Positions 1 to 9,834 of a stretch of 64,000 nt of DNA are shown piece by piece. Under the pieces are notes generated by a model. That model searched no databases. It saw only the letters and a list, made by a program, of their open reading frames with translations, and was not told where the DNA came from. How positions within the stretch are numbered: position 1 is the first letter of the stretch; every line of letters begins with the position of its first letter. The DNA is from an uncultured Alphaproteobacteria bacterium. GTDB lineage: Bacteria > Pseudomonadota > Alphaproteobacteria > Micropepsales > Micropepsaceae. The DNA is taken from positions 126,524-190,523 of the forward strand of contig CAVUJC010000011.1 of assembly GCA_963741725.1 (NCBI GenBank), written 5' to 3'. Both the position numbers and the translations under genes were made by a program.

Positions 1-324
1 ACGCCGAGCGAGTCCGAAAAGCGCTTTATCGGCGAAGTGACTGCTCGCATGTGGACGCTGCGCCAGATGTCGCTTGCGATCACCGGCAAAATCATCGCCG
101 GAGGCGATCCGGCCAGCGACGCGGCGATCGTCAAGGACCTCGGCGTTTCTCTGGAGCAAGACATCCCGCCGGCAATCCAGGCGCTCGCGCCGCCCGGCCT
201 CGACGATGTTTCGTTCGAAGAGACAATGACCTATCTGCTGCAATCCTCGCCGTCATTCTCGCTGCGCGGCGGCACGCGCGAAATTCTGCGCGGCATCATT
301 GCGCGCGAATTGGGGCTGAGATGA
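1..324 (+). CDS. Acyl-CoA dehydrogenase, C-terminal part (5' truncated by window)
   Basis: Open frame from base 1; ends in the ACAD C-terminal signature SLRGGTREILRGIIARELGLR; TGA overlaps next ATG (ATGA at 321-324). Confidence 0.85.
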   Translation, partial: TPSESEKRFIGEVTARMWTLRQMSLAITGKIIAGGDPASDAAIVKDLGVSLEQDIPPAIQALAPPGLDDVSFEETMTYLLQSSPSFSLRGGTREILRGIIARELGLR

Positions 325-1049
325 GCGAACTTCGCACCTTGCTCTCCGACACGACCGAGAAGGTCCTCGCCAATCTTCCCGCCGACGAAAAATCGGCATG
401 GACGCAGGTCAACGATTCCGGCCTGCCTAACGTCATGGCACAGGAGAGTGACGGCGGGTTCGGCGGAGGCTGGGAAGACGCGTTCATCGTGCTGCGCGCG
501 AGCGGATATCACGCAACGCCGATTGCGCTTGGCGAGGCGGTGGCGGAGACAAAGCTGAAGGGAGCAAACGCAGAGAGCAAATTCCGCACGATGGCACTCG
601 TACGCAGTTGCCAGATGGGCGGAGCGATGCAGGGGGCGCTCGACCTTTCGGTTCAGTATGTGCGCGAACGGCAGCAATTCGGCAGGCCGCTTGCGAGTTT
701 TCAGGCGATCCAGCAGCAGCTCGCAGTGTTCGCACAGGAAGTCGCTGCAACGAACATGGCCGCTGCCGCTGCGTGCCGTGCGGCGGAGCGCAATGCCGCA
801 ATCTTCGAAATTTCCTGCGCCAAGCTTCGCGCCAATATGGCTGTCGGCACGGCGACCTCGGTTGCGCATCAGGTCCATGGAGCGATGGGTTTCACGGCGG
901 AGTACAAGCTGCAGCGCCTGACGAGGCTCCTGTGGCAGTGGCGCAGCGAGTTCGGCAATGACCGCTTCTGGGCCGACAAGTTGGGCACGCTGGTCGCCGC
1001 CGGAGGACCGGACGGCTATTGGCCCCTGCTCTGCAATTCAGCGGCTTAG
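321..1049 (+). CDS. Acyl-CoA dehydrogenase family protein (short, beta-subunit-like)
   Basis: MSELRTLLSDT start; YVRERQQFGRPLASFQAIQQQLA and AHQVHGAMGFT ACAD motifs; translationally coupled to upstream ACAD. Confidence 0.85.
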   Translation: MSELRTLLSDTTEKVLANLPADEKSAWTQVNDSGLPNVMAQESDGGFGGGWEDAFIVLRASGYHATPIALGEAVAETKLKGANAESKFRTMALVRSCQMGGAMQGALDLSVQYVRERQQFGRPLASFQAIQQQLAVFAQEVAATNMAAAAACRAAERNAAIFEISCAKLRANMAVGTATSVAHQVHGAMGFTAEYKLQRLTRLLWQWRSEFGNDRFWADKLGTLVAAGGPDGYWPLLCNSAA

Positions 1050-1062
1050 GACCTGCGACAAT

Positions 1063-1081
1063 CGCTGCCCCCGGGGCAGCG
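1063..1081. promoter_or_regulatory. GC-rich palindrome between ACAD pair and thiolase
   Basis: CGCTGCCCC-C-GGGGCAGCG perfect inverted repeat in a short intergenic region; no U-tract. Confidence 0.3.
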
Positions 1082-1155
1082 GCCTTCCGCCGATTGATTT
1101 AGGGCGCATGCGCTTGTAGAGCCTTGGCCCTCGATATCCAGCGGACACAACAAGT

Positions 1156-2325
1156 ATGAGCATCAAGGGCAAAGCCTATCTCATGGGCGCGTTCGAACAT
1201 CCGACGCGCGAAGCACCCGACAAGTCGACGCCTCAGTTGCATTCCGAATGCATGCGCGGAGCGTTGGCGGATGCGGGTCTCAGCAAGGACGACATCGACG
1301 GCTACTTCTGCGCCGGCGACGCGCCTGGCTTCGGCGCCATGTCGATGGCCGACTATCTGGGCCTGCGCAATCTGCGCCACATGGACTCCACCGAGACCGG
1401 CGGCTCCTCCTACATCCTGCATGTCGGTCATGCCGCCGAAGCGATTGCGGCGGGCAAGTGCTCCGTCGCCCTCGTCACGCTTGCCGGCAAGCCGCGCACG
1501 GACAAAGGCGGCGGGGGACCGCGCGGCGGAGGATTCGCGGCGGCGCCTGAGGCCGCGTTCGAGATGCCGTATGGCGGCACGACACACAATCAGTATGCGA
1601 TGTGCGCGACCCGCCACATGCACGAATATGGAACGACCAGCGAGCAGCTGGCCTGGATCAAGGTCGCGGCCTCGCATCATGCGCAGTACAACGAGCACGC
1701 ATTCCTGCGCGACGTCGTCACTGTCGAGGACGTCATTAACTCGCCGATGATCGCAACGCCGCTGCATCGCCTTGATTGCTGCGTCGTTACCGACGGAGGC
1801 GGCGCGCTGATCGTCACCAGCCCCGAAGTCGCAAAGCGCCTGAACCGCCCGAAGGTGAAAATCATCGGCGCAGGCGAAGCGCCCAAGGGCACCTATGGCG
1901 GCAAGGTCAACCTCACCTATTCCGGCGCGGCGTGGAGCGGTCCAAAGGCATTCGCCGAAGCGGGCGTGAAGCCATCCGACATCAAATACGCCTCGATCTA
2001 TGACAGCTTCACGATCACCGTGCTGATGCAGATCGAGGATCTCGGCTTTTGCGAGAAGGGCCAGGGCGGAAAGTTCGTCTCCGACGGCAATCTCATCTCC
2101 GGCGTCGGAAAGCTGCCGTTCAATACCGACGGCGGCGGACTCTGCAACAATCATCCGACCAACCGTGGCGGCATCACCAAGGTGATCGAAGCCGTGCGTC
2201 AGCTACGCGGCGAAGCGCACCCCAAGGTGCAGGTCAGGAATTGCGATCTGGCGATCGCGCACGGCACGGGCGGCTCGCTCGGCACGCGGCACGGCGCCGC
2301 CACCGTGATCATGGAACGGGAGTAG
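1156..2325 (+). CDS. Thiolase family protein (SCP-x/lipid-transfer-like, non-classical thiolase)
   Basis: LDCCVVTDGGGA, YDSFTITVLMQIEDLGFCEKG, NTDGGGLC motifs; followed by OB-fold partner. Confidence 0.9.
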   Translation: MSIKGKAYLMGAFEHPTREAPDKSTPQLHSECMRGALADAGLSKDDIDGYFCAGDAPGFGAMSMADYLGLRNLRHMDSTETGGSSYILHVGHAAEAIAAGKCSVALVTLAGKPRTDKGGGGPRGGGFAAAPEAAFEMPYGGTTHNQYAMCATRHMHEYGTTSEQLAWIKVAASHHAQYNEHAFLRDVVTVEDVINSPMIATPLHRLDCCVVTDGGGALIVTSPEVAKRLNRPKVKIIGAGEAPKGTYGGKVNLTYSGAAWSGPKAFAEAGVKPSDIKYASIYDSFTITVLMQIEDLGFCEKGQGGKFVSDGNLISGVGKLPFNTDGGGLCNNHPTNRGGITKVIEAVRQLRGEAHPKVQVRNCDLAIAHGTGGSLGTRHGAATVIMERE

Positions 2326-2328
2326 ACA

Positions 2329-2745
2329 ATGTCCGAACAAGGTACCAAGCCCGCTCCTGCGGCACGCAAGATCTTCCCACCGGCCGTCAACGTCGAGACG
2401 GAAAGATTCTGGAAGGCTGCCGAGGCGGGCAAGCTGCTCTACGGCTACTGCCTCACCTGCAAGGAGCCGCACTACTATCCGCGCAGCTTCTGTCCGTTCT
2501 GCTTCAGCGAAAGCGTCGAGTGGCGCGAGGCCAGCGGCAACGCCACAGTCTATTCCTACTCGATCATGTACCGCTCGCCGACTGGTCCGTACACGATTTC
2601 GTATGTAACGCTCGCCGAGGGACCGCGCATCATGACCAATCTCGTCGACTGCGATTTCAAGAAGATCGCGATCGATGCAAAGGCCAAACTAGTGTGGAAG
2701 CCGAGCGAAGGCGGCGCACCCGTGCCGTTCTTCACGCTCGCCTAG
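2329..2745 (+). CDS. Zn-ribbon/OB-fold protein (DUF35, ChsH2-like)
   Basis: CLTC...YYPRSFCPFC zinc ribbon, LAEGPRIMTNLVDC; classic thiolase partner. Confidence 0.9.
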   Translation: MSEQGTKPAPAARKIFPPAVNVETERFWKAAEAGKLLYGYCLTCKEPHYYPRSFCPFCFSESVEWREASGNATVYSYSIMYRSPTGPYTISYVTLAEGPRIMTNLVDCDFKKIAIDAKAKLVWKPSEGGAPVPFFTLA

Positions 2746-2788
2746 GTCTCGGGACTGTGGATCCGTCAATCCGCACCAGCTCTTCGGC

Positions 2789-3331
2789 CTATATTGCACG
2801 CTCGCGTGACCCGACAGGCTCGGCGCGGGCGTTCATTTTTCGGATGATGGAGAATCCAAGGCCCGACGCGACGATTGCATCGATGATCGGCCACAGGTTC
2901 GGCACGATGCGCAACTCGATGCCCGCCTGCGCATGCAATGCCAGCAAATCGCCGATCGGTTCGACGGACACAGGCTCTATCGTCTGCGTCGTCGAATAAT
3001 ATCCGGCATCTGCGTTGTAGACCGTGAACAGCTCACTATCGAAGCGATATACAAACATCTTGCACGCGCGCATCCGCTCCAGCCACACATTCTCGATCGC
3101 GTGCATGCGCGTTCCTGCTCCCATGCCGAGCAGTGAACGGCCGATCTCCGACATCGGTCTGCCATTGCTCCAGCAGCAGGCGCGCGGCGCCTGGCGCGGG
3201 AACCAGAAACCTGGCGCGTGCTCCTCATCAACCGCCCACACCATCGGCGGATTGCCCGGCGAACTTGCAGGAACATGAGGCCGAAATTTCTTGATATCCG
3301 GGACCTCGGAGAAGTGCAGCAGGTACGGCAT
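2789..3331 (-). CDS. DUF6886-like hypothetical protein
   Basis: MPYLLHFSEVPDIKKFRPH...VWAVDEEHAPGFWFPRQAPR; start moved to ATG 3331 because the ORF-track extension reads through a palindromic repeat. Confidence 0.65.
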   Translation of the reverse strand: MPYLLHFSEVPDIKKFRPHVPASSPGNPPMVWAVDEEHAPGFWFPRQAPRACCWSNGRPMSEIGRSLLGMGAGTRMHAIENVWLERMRACKMFVYRFDSELFTVYNADAGYYSTTQTIEPVSVEPIGDLLALHAQAGIELRIVPNLWPIIDAIVASGLGFSIIRKMNARAEPVGSRERAI

Positions 3332-3350
3332 GGCCGGGTTGTAGCGAAGA

Positions 3351-3381
3351 CCCTCGCCGTTCGACAAGCTCAGGGTGAGCG
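3351..3381. repeat. REP-like palindromic repeat unit
   Basis: CCCTCGCCGTTCGACAAGCTCAGGGTGAGCG resembles the alphaproteobacterial intergenic palindrome CCCTCATCCTTCGACAAGCTCAGGATGAGGG (recalled consensus). Confidence 0.6.
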
Positions 3382-3411
3382 CCGTGGTCAATCCCTCATC
3401 GCGCGCCACGA

Positions 3412-4068
3412 TCAGAACAGATCGCCCTGTCGTTCCGGTTTTGGCGGGGGCGCGGGCTTTCCGGCCTTTTCCATATCCATGGGAAGGTCCGACGGGCTCA
3501 GCATCGCCTTGAGTTCATCGACACTCGCCTCCTCCTCGCCCAGCCACTTTGCCCAGTTCGCATCGGCAACGAGCGCGGGCATGCGGTCCGTGATCGTGGC
3601 GATCAGTGCGTTCGGTGGAACCGTGACCATCGCAAAGGTTTCGAGCGCGCCGGCGTTGTGTTGCGACCACCGCTCCCAGATCACGGCGATGGCGGTCGCG
3701 ACGCGTTCCTTTGGTGTGACGACATACTGCTCGGTCTTTCTGGGCGTGATCTCTTTTCCCTCGTTGAAGGTATTGACGATCACCAGACCGCGACGGTTGA
3801 AGAACGCGTCGCGAAATGTCGGCTTCTGCTCGATCGTCTCGGCGCGCGCGTGAATGAAGCGCGTGCCGTCGGACGGGTCGCGCGCGCCGGCAGGAACGAG
3901 ACCCCAGCGCATGCGTGCAGCCTGTCGCCTGCCTTGCGCATCGAGGCGGATAACGGTCGCGAAACGCATCGGCGTCACACTCTCGACTGCGCTTTGCGGC
4001 GCCCCGATGAGATCGGCGAGCGTGACGAGTTCGCCCCAGCTCATCATCTGAGTGAATTTTCCGCACAT
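3412..4068 (-). CDS. SOS response-associated peptidase (SRAP/HMCES/YedK family), abasic-site processing
   Basis: N-terminal MCGKF (catalytic Cys2), MRWGLVP, IHARAETIEQKPTFRDAF, ITDRMPA. Confidence 0.9.
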   Translation of the reverse strand: MCGKFTQMMSWGELVTLADLIGAPQSAVESVTPMRFATVIRLDAQGRRQAARMRWGLVPAGARDPSDGTRFIHARAETIEQKPTFRDAFFNRRGLVIVNTFNEGKEITPRKTEQYVVTPKERVATAIAVIWERWSQHNAGALETFAMVTVPPNALIATITDRMPALVADANWAKWLGEEEASVDELKAMLSPSDLPMDMEKAGKPAPPPKPERQGDLF

Positions 4069-4117
4069 GCGCCTGGTCCTTGTTTGCGCGGCGACGGGAA
4101 TCGCCTTTCATTACCAC

Positions 4118-4834
4118 ATGGTGAGTCGGAAGGAATGGGACAAGCTGGCGGACGACTTCGAACGCGAAGTCTGCGACATCACGCGTGAGACCAAGGGCAA
4201 GGAGATTGCGCGCCTGGTGCTTGCGCTGAAGCCCTCGCCGCGCAAGTCGGTTTTGGTCGACCTTGGCTGCGGCATCGGCACCTTTGTCGAGCGCTACGGC
4301 AAGCTGTTCCGCGCCACCTTCGCGGTCGAACATGCGCCGCGTATCATCGCCCGCGCCAAGAAGCGGCTGGCAAAGCGCGGCGACATTACCTGGTTCACGT
4401 CGAACATTCCGCCGGCTGCAAGGCGCATCGGCGCCTGCGCGGACCTCACCGTCTGCATGAACGTCATCACCATGCCTCAGGCCCGCATCCGCGAGCAGAT
4501 GTGGGACGGCATTGCGCGCGTCACGCGCAAGCGGGGCCATGCGATCATCGTCGTGCCGTCGATCGAGTCCGACAGGATGGTAGAACGCGTCGCCTATGGC
4601 ACGCCGCTTGCGCAGGCGAAGAGCGAAACCCCAGACGGTCTCGTCGATCGCGGCGGGAGCCGCCAAAAACACTTCGCGCGCGACGAGTTGCACGAGATCC
4701 TGGCGCAGCACGGCTTTCGCGCGAGGAGAGTGATGCGAGTCTACTATCCCTGGCAGAAGGAAGGCTTGCGCAAGCCGCGCAACGCCGGCACGCACCGTCC
4801 CTGGGACTGGCTCGTGCTGGCGCAGCGCGTCTGA
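4118..4834 (+). CDS. Class I SAM-dependent methyltransferase
   Basis: VLVDLGCGIG motif I; start at MVSRKEW chosen to avoid overlap with SRAP. Confidence 0.75.
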   Translation: MVSRKEWDKLADDFEREVCDITRETKGKEIARLVLALKPSPRKSVLVDLGCGIGTFVERYGKLFRATFAVEHAPRIIARAKKRLAKRGDITWFTSNIPPAARRIGACADLTVCMNVITMPQARIREQMWDGIARVTRKRGHAIIVVPSIESDRMVERVAYGTPLAQAKSETPDGLVDRGGSRQKHFARDELHEILAQHGFRARRVMRVYYPWQKEGLRKPRNAGTHRPWDWLVLAQRV

Positions 4835-5626
4835 CTAGCGGCCGACGCGTCCCGTCACTGGCATGGAACTGGTCAGACCGCCATCGACCGCGATGTGCTG
4901 GCCGTTGACGTAGGACGCCTCGTCGCTTGCCAGGAACAGCGCCATGTTCGCGATCTCTTCCGGCACGCCATAGCGCTTGAGCGGATTGAGCTGTCCGATG
5001 CGGTCAGCCGAACCGCGTTGCCTGGCATAGTCGAAGATCGGCTTTGTCATCCCTGTCTCGATGATGCCGGGACAGATCGCATTCACGCGCACATTGGTTC
5101 CGGCCAGATAGTTCGCCGCCGTCGTCGTCAGATTGATCACGCCGGCCTTGCTCGCGCTGTAAGGCCCGCCGCCGGCCCCGGAGCGGATGCCGGCCACCGA
5201 AGCCGTGCAGACGATCGAGCCCTTCTTGTTGGGCACCATCACGCGCGCCGCATGCTTGATCGCGAGAAACACGCCGATCAGATTCACCTCGAGCACCTGG
5301 CGCCAATGCTCCGCCGTCAATTCGAAGAAAGGAGGCTGACCGCCGCCCGATATGCCGGCGTTGGCGTAGAAGACATCGAGTTTTCCGAACTCCTTCACGG
5401 CCGTGTCTACGGCGTGGGCTACGTCTATCTCCGACGAAGCATCGGCGGTCAGGGCGATGGCGGTGCCGCCCGCGTCCTTGATCGCCTTGGCGGTCTCGCT
5501 CACCGCGTCAGCGCGGTCGACGCAGATGACCTTTGCGCCTTCGCTGGCGAACAGCTTCGACGTGGCACGGCCAATGCCGCTTGCCGCCCCGGTGACAATT
5601 GCGGCTTTTCCCTTCAGACGATCCAT
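4835..5626 (-). CDS. Short-chain dehydrogenase/reductase
   Basis: [16 protein letters not shown] catalytic motif, NAICPG. Confidence 0.92.
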   Translation of the reverse strand: MDRLKGKAAIVTGAASGIGRATSKLFASEGAKVICVDRADAVSETAKAIKDAGGTAIALTADASSEIDVAHAVDTAVKEFGKLDVFYANAGISGGGQPPFFELTAEHWRQVLEVNLIGVFLAIKHAARVMVPNKKGSIVCTASVAGIRSGAGGGPYSASKAGVINLTTTAANYLAGTNVRVNAICPGIIETGMTKPIFDYARQRGSADRIGQLNPLKRYGVPEEIANMALFLASDEASYVNGQHIAVDGGLTSSMPVTGRVGR

Positions 5627-5747
5627 GAGTTCCTCCCGATTGTTCTGACGCGGAGCTTGACCGCTGGCGCGCGTCCGTCAAGGCGGTGATTTGGCGTGGC
5701 GGAAAGCGTATGCGAAACTGCGCGGGGATCAGGCAGAATTCATCTTC

Positions 5748-7295
5748 ATGGCAGCGCGGCAGGCTGTTCTCGGCATCGACCGGGGCAGTTTTCAATATGG
5801 CGTCACAACGATTTTCGAGAACGTATCATTCCTTCTGGACGATGCGCGCACGGCGCTTGTCGGAGAGAATGGCGCGGGCAAGTCGACGCTTCTGAAATGT
5901 CTCGCCGGCGAACACGAGCTCGGCTCCGGCCAGATCGTGCGCTCGCGCGGCCTGCGCGTCGGTTATGTGCCTCAGGAAATTCCCGCGGCGCTGGAAAACG
6001 TCTCGGTCCGCGAGATGCTGGAGCGCGCCCTGCCCGCCGACAGTCATGGCGACGGCTGGAAAGTCGATGTCCTCATCGACGACCTGCGCATTCCGCTCGA
6101 TCTCGCGGACAGGAAGTTCGGCGAACTCTCCGGCGGCTGGCAACGCCTCCTCCTGATCGCTGCAGCAAAACTCGGCGAACCGGACATCGTTATACTCGAC
6201 GAACCCACCAATCATCTCGACATTGAAAACATCAACAAGCTCGAACGCTGGCTCGAGGAAGACATCCGCCTGCCAATGCTGATCGTCAGCCATGACCGCG
6301 AATTCCTCGACCGCACGACGACCCGCACGATTTTTCTGCGCAAGGACGGCGCGCACGCCTTCAAGGCGCCCTTCGCCTCCGCGCGTGAACAACTGCTACA
6401 GAACGATGCCACGAACGCGAAGCGCCGGGCCCTGGAAGAGCGCGAAGTGGCGCGCCTGGAAAAGGTTGCGGCGCGCTACAAGGCCTGGGGCGTGCTCAAT
6501 GACGCGTTTCACAAGAAACAAAAGGCCACCGAAAAGCGCATTGCACGCATCGAGGACAACGCGACGGATGTCTACAGGGCAAAGAATCGCAAACTCGAAC
6601 TCAATGATGACGCGATCGACGCAAAAGTGGCGCTTCGCCTGCAAAATCTGATCGTCAAGACTCCCGACAATGCGCGCACGCTCATCGTCATCGACCGGCT
6701 GGTTGTCGCGGCAGGCGAGCGCATCGCTTTGCTGGGCGCCAACGGCAGCGGAAAGTCGACCCTGCTGAGCGCGCTCGCCTCTGCCTATGATCCGCTGCAG
6801 GAACACTATGACGGCCGTGCGGCTGTGCGTTACAATCCGGCAACCAGGCTTGTCTATTTCGACCAGCGCATGGCGGACCTGCCGCTCGACATTTCGCTGC
6901 GCGAGTACATCGCGCGGATCAAGACCGTGAACAATGCGCAGGCCGTGGCGATCCTGGCCAAGGCCGGATTCCCGTTCGAACGGCTCGACGACAGGATCCG
7001 CAAGCTCTCCTATGGCGAGCAGTCGCGCCTTGTCTTTCTCTACATGAAACTCCTGCAGCCAAACTTCTATCTGCTCGACGAGCCGACGAACCATCTCGAC
7101 ATCGAGGGCCAGGAAGATCTTGAGGGACAACTCGACGAATCCGAGGTTTCCTGCATCTTCGTCAGCCATGACCGCTACTTCACACGCACTGCGGCGACAC
7201 GGTTTCTGGAAATCCGTCGTGGCCGACTGGTAGAGGTAGAAGATGCGGACGAGTTCTTCGACCGCCAGACGGACGAGAAGGATGCTCCGCGATGA
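5748..7295 (+). CDS. ABC-F family ATP-binding protein
   Basis: Two NBDs (GENGAGKST, LSGGW, DEPTNHLD; GANGSGKST, LSYGE, DEPTNHLD), no TM segments. Confidence 0.9.
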   Translation: MAARQAVLGIDRGSFQYGVTTIFENVSFLLDDARTALVGENGAGKSTLLKCLAGEHELGSGQIVRSRGLRVGYVPQEIPAALENVSVREMLERALPADSHGDGWKVDVLIDDLRIPLDLADRKFGELSGGWQRLLLIAAAKLGEPDIVILDEPTNHLDIENINKLERWLEEDIRLPMLIVSHDREFLDRTTTRTIFLRKDGAHAFKAPFASAREQLLQNDATNAKRRALEEREVARLEKVAARYKAWGVLNDAFHKKQKATEKRIARIEDNATDVYRAKNRKLELNDDAIDAKVALRLQNLIVKTPDNARTLIVIDRLVVAAGERIALLGANGSGKSTLLSALASAYDPLQEHYDGRAAVRYNPATRLVYFDQRMADLPLDISLREYIARIKTVNNAQAVAILAKAGFPFERLDDRIRKLSYGEQSRLVFLYMKLLQPNFYLLDEPTNHLDIEGQEDLEGQLDESEVSCIFVSHDRYFTRTAATRFLEIRRGRLVEVEDADEFFDRQTDEKDAPR

Positions 7296-7978
7296 AGCTG
7301 GCCAAACCCCGCGTCGATATCGGTCTCAACACCAACAATCTCGAACCGATGCTCGCCTTCTGGCAGAACGAAGCCGGCGTGACGTTCGACCACGTGCTGC
7401 CGATCCGAAAAGGCGTCAAGCAGCACCGGCATGACGCGCTGGGTTCGGTCGTGAAGGTCAACGCGCACGCCGAGCCGCTGCCCGTCACGCCTGCTACCGG
7501 TTATGTCGAACTTCTCATCGCGCGCGAGGGTCTGACGTCGCCAAAGAGCCTGCACGATCCGGACGGCAATGCCGTCACGCTAGTTCCCCCCGGAACCTCG
7601 GGCGTCACCCAGATCGGCATCCGCCTCAAGGTTCGCGATCTCGCCGCGCATCGGCGCTTTTATTCCGAAGGTCTCGGACTTACGGAAGAACCGTCGCCGA
7701 CCGGTGCGGCATTCCGCGCCGGCGAGACGCTTCTGCTTTTGGAACAGTCGCCCGATGCGCCGTCTGATGCCGTGATGGACGGCAAGGGCTGGCGCTACAT
7801 CACATTCCAGGTCTTCAAGGTCGACGACGAACACGCCCGCATTCTGGAGCGCGGCGGACGTGAGGCCATGAAACCGACGACGCTCGGCACCACGGCGCGC
7901 ATTTCCATGGTGCGCGACCCGGACGGCAACTGGATCGAGATCTCGCAGCGTGCCTCGATCACCGGCTCGCTGGAGTAG
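7292..7978 (+). CDS. VOC/glyoxalase family protein (two repeats)
   Basis: DPDGNAV and VRDPDGNWIEISQ motifs; ATGA overlap with ABC-F stop. Confidence 0.8.
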   Translation: MKLAKPRVDIGLNTNNLEPMLAFWQNEAGVTFDHVLPIRKGVKQHRHDALGSVVKVNAHAEPLPVTPATGYVELLIAREGLTSPKSLHDPDGNAVTLVPPGTSGVTQIGIRLKVRDLAAHRRFYSEGLGLTEEPSPTGAAFRAGETLLLLEQSPDAPSDAVMDGKGWRYITFQVFKVDDEHARILERGGREAMKPTTLGTTARISMVRDPDGNWIEISQRASITGSLE

Positions 7979-8006
7979 ACAGGGCAGCTTTGCTACAAGT
8001 TCCGCC

Positions 8007-8882
8007 ATGGAACCGATCGCGACATTCGATCTGACAAGCTGGTGCGGACCGTTCGATCATTCGACGCGCGCCGCGGCCCAGGATGCGCTCGAAAGCGGCA
8101 AGGTTCTGTTTTTTCCGAAACTTCCTTTCACCGTCGGCAACAGCGAGAACGGCCTGTTGACCGATGCGCTTTCGAACGGCCGAGCCAAGAATATCAGCCG
8201 CGATCCCGACGGCAGGATCCAGGGCGACACGGCCTCGCCTGAGGAGGCCGCGCGGCTCTCGGCCATGATGGGCCGCTTCGCCAAACAGGCGCGCAGCCTT
8301 GTTCTGGATCTCTTTCCCGGGTTCGCCGTCACGATCGACCAGGCGCGCACGTCCTATCGTCCGGTCGAAATCGCCGGCCGCAGCTATTCGCCGCGCAACG
8401 ACGACAAGCGGCTGCATGTCGACGCGTTTCCCTCGCGGCCGCAGCGCGGTCATCGCATCCTGCGCGTTTTTTCGAATATTCATCCGATGGGCGGACCGCG
8501 CGTCTGGCATGTCGGCGAACCGTTCGAAGCCATGGCCAGCCGATATGCTCTCAAGGCGCGCAAGCCTTTGCCGCTGGAACCCTGGCTGTTCGAACTTCTC
8601 GGCGTGACCAAGGGGCGGCGCAGCGAGTACGACTATCTGATGCTCGGCCTGCACGATGGTGCGAAGCTGGATGCGGAGTATCAGAAGAACTCACCCCAGC
8701 TGGAATTCGCGTTTCCGGCCGGCACGACCTGGATGTGCTTCACCGATCAGGCGATGCACGCGGCACTCTCCGGCCAGTTCTGCCTTGAGCAGACGTTCCA
8801 TTTGCCGATCGAAGCGCTCAGCCACCCCGAACGCTCGCCGCTCAAGGTGCTTGAGCGGATGTCGGGCCGCCCGCTGGTCTAG
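8007..8882 (+). CDS. kdoO: Kdo hydroxylase family protein (Fe2+/2-oxoglutarate dioxygenase)
   Basis: RLHVDAFPSRP, RILRVFSNI, WMCFTDQAMHAALSGQF, LEQTFHLP family motifs. Confidence 0.8.
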   Translation: MEPIATFDLTSWCGPFDHSTRAAAQDALESGKVLFFPKLPFTVGNSENGLLTDALSNGRAKNISRDPDGRIQGDTASPEEAARLSAMMGRFAKQARSLVLDLFPGFAVTIDQARTSYRPVEIAGRSYSPRNDDKRLHVDAFPSRPQRGHRILRVFSNIHPMGGPRVWHVGEPFEAMASRYALKARKPLPLEPWLFELLGVTKGRRSEYDYLMLGLHDGAKLDAEYQKNSPQLEFAFPAGTTWMCFTDQAMHAALSGQFCLEQTFHLPIEALSHPERSPLKVLERMSGRPLV

Positions 8883-9758
8883 TTCCAGAACGTCCTGATC
8901 CTCGCCGCTTCGACGCGTCCCTGGGCGACGCCGGCCAGCGCCACATCGCCGCGGCGCGACGCATCCATCAGGTTCGGACCAAAGGCGTCGCGACAGTTTG
9001 CGTCCGGCAGGATCAGCTCGACCTTCGCGCCCGATGCCGTGAGGATGTCGATCTCACGTTGTATGCCCGCCCGCATCGCTTCCGTCGCGAGGTTGCCGAC
9101 CACGGCGACGACGAGCACGCGCGCATACCCCTTGGCCAGATCGCTGTTGGTTCCCGAACGCATCCCGCCGTCGATGTAGCGCCGGCCTTGGATCGTGATG
9201 GGCGGATAGACACCCGGCACCGAACAGCTCGAAGCGATGGCGCGCCCCAGCTCGACGCCGGATGATTCTTCCCAAAGATGAAAACTGCCGTCGACCGCGT
9301 CGACTGCCGTGCAGGCAAATCCGGCCGGCCATTTTTCCTCCGAGCTCGAGATCGAGCCAAAGCTGGCCACAAACGCCTCCTCGGAAATGGTCTTGGCGCC
9401 GAGGGCGAAGGCGCCGATTTCCGCGAGCAGCGCCGCAGAGGGCGTTCCGTCAGCGGGCCGCCGCGCCATGAAGCGCAAAAGCGGGCCAAGATCGGGCGGC
9501 GCGGCGCGTTCCGTCTGGGGCGGACTTCTGGCGCGCTTCCTTTGCGCGAATACCCTGTTCTACTTGTGCGCGTACCAGCGCCTCGGCCGGCCTTCCTGAC
9601 GCCAGTGCCGCGCCCGCGAAGGAGCCCGCCGAAGTGCCGATGATTCGGTTGGCGTCGGCCAGCCTGACGCCGCCTTCGGCCAGGCCAGCGGCCAATCCGA
9701 CTTCCCATGCGATACCAACTGGTCCGCCGCCGCCCAAAACAAGTGCACGGTCTCCCAT
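8879..9758 (-). CDS. Patatin-like phospholipase, split by a +1 frameshift near 9517-9520
   Basis: LGGGG, GTSAG nucleophile and DGG motifs lie in two frames; removing one G of the forward-strand GGGG at 9517-9520 gives ...KSAQTERAAPPDLGPLLRF... Confidence 0.8.
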
Positions 9759-9834
9759 CTGCCCCTCCTGTCACCGTTCTTTTGTCTTGGACAGCATGGC
9801 GTCACGAGCGGGCCCCGGCTAGAGTTTTCCCGGG

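Noticed and set aside
4069-4117. LexA box upstream of SRAP
   Set aside because: Only a half-site-like AAACAAGGAC; no GAAC-N7-GAAC
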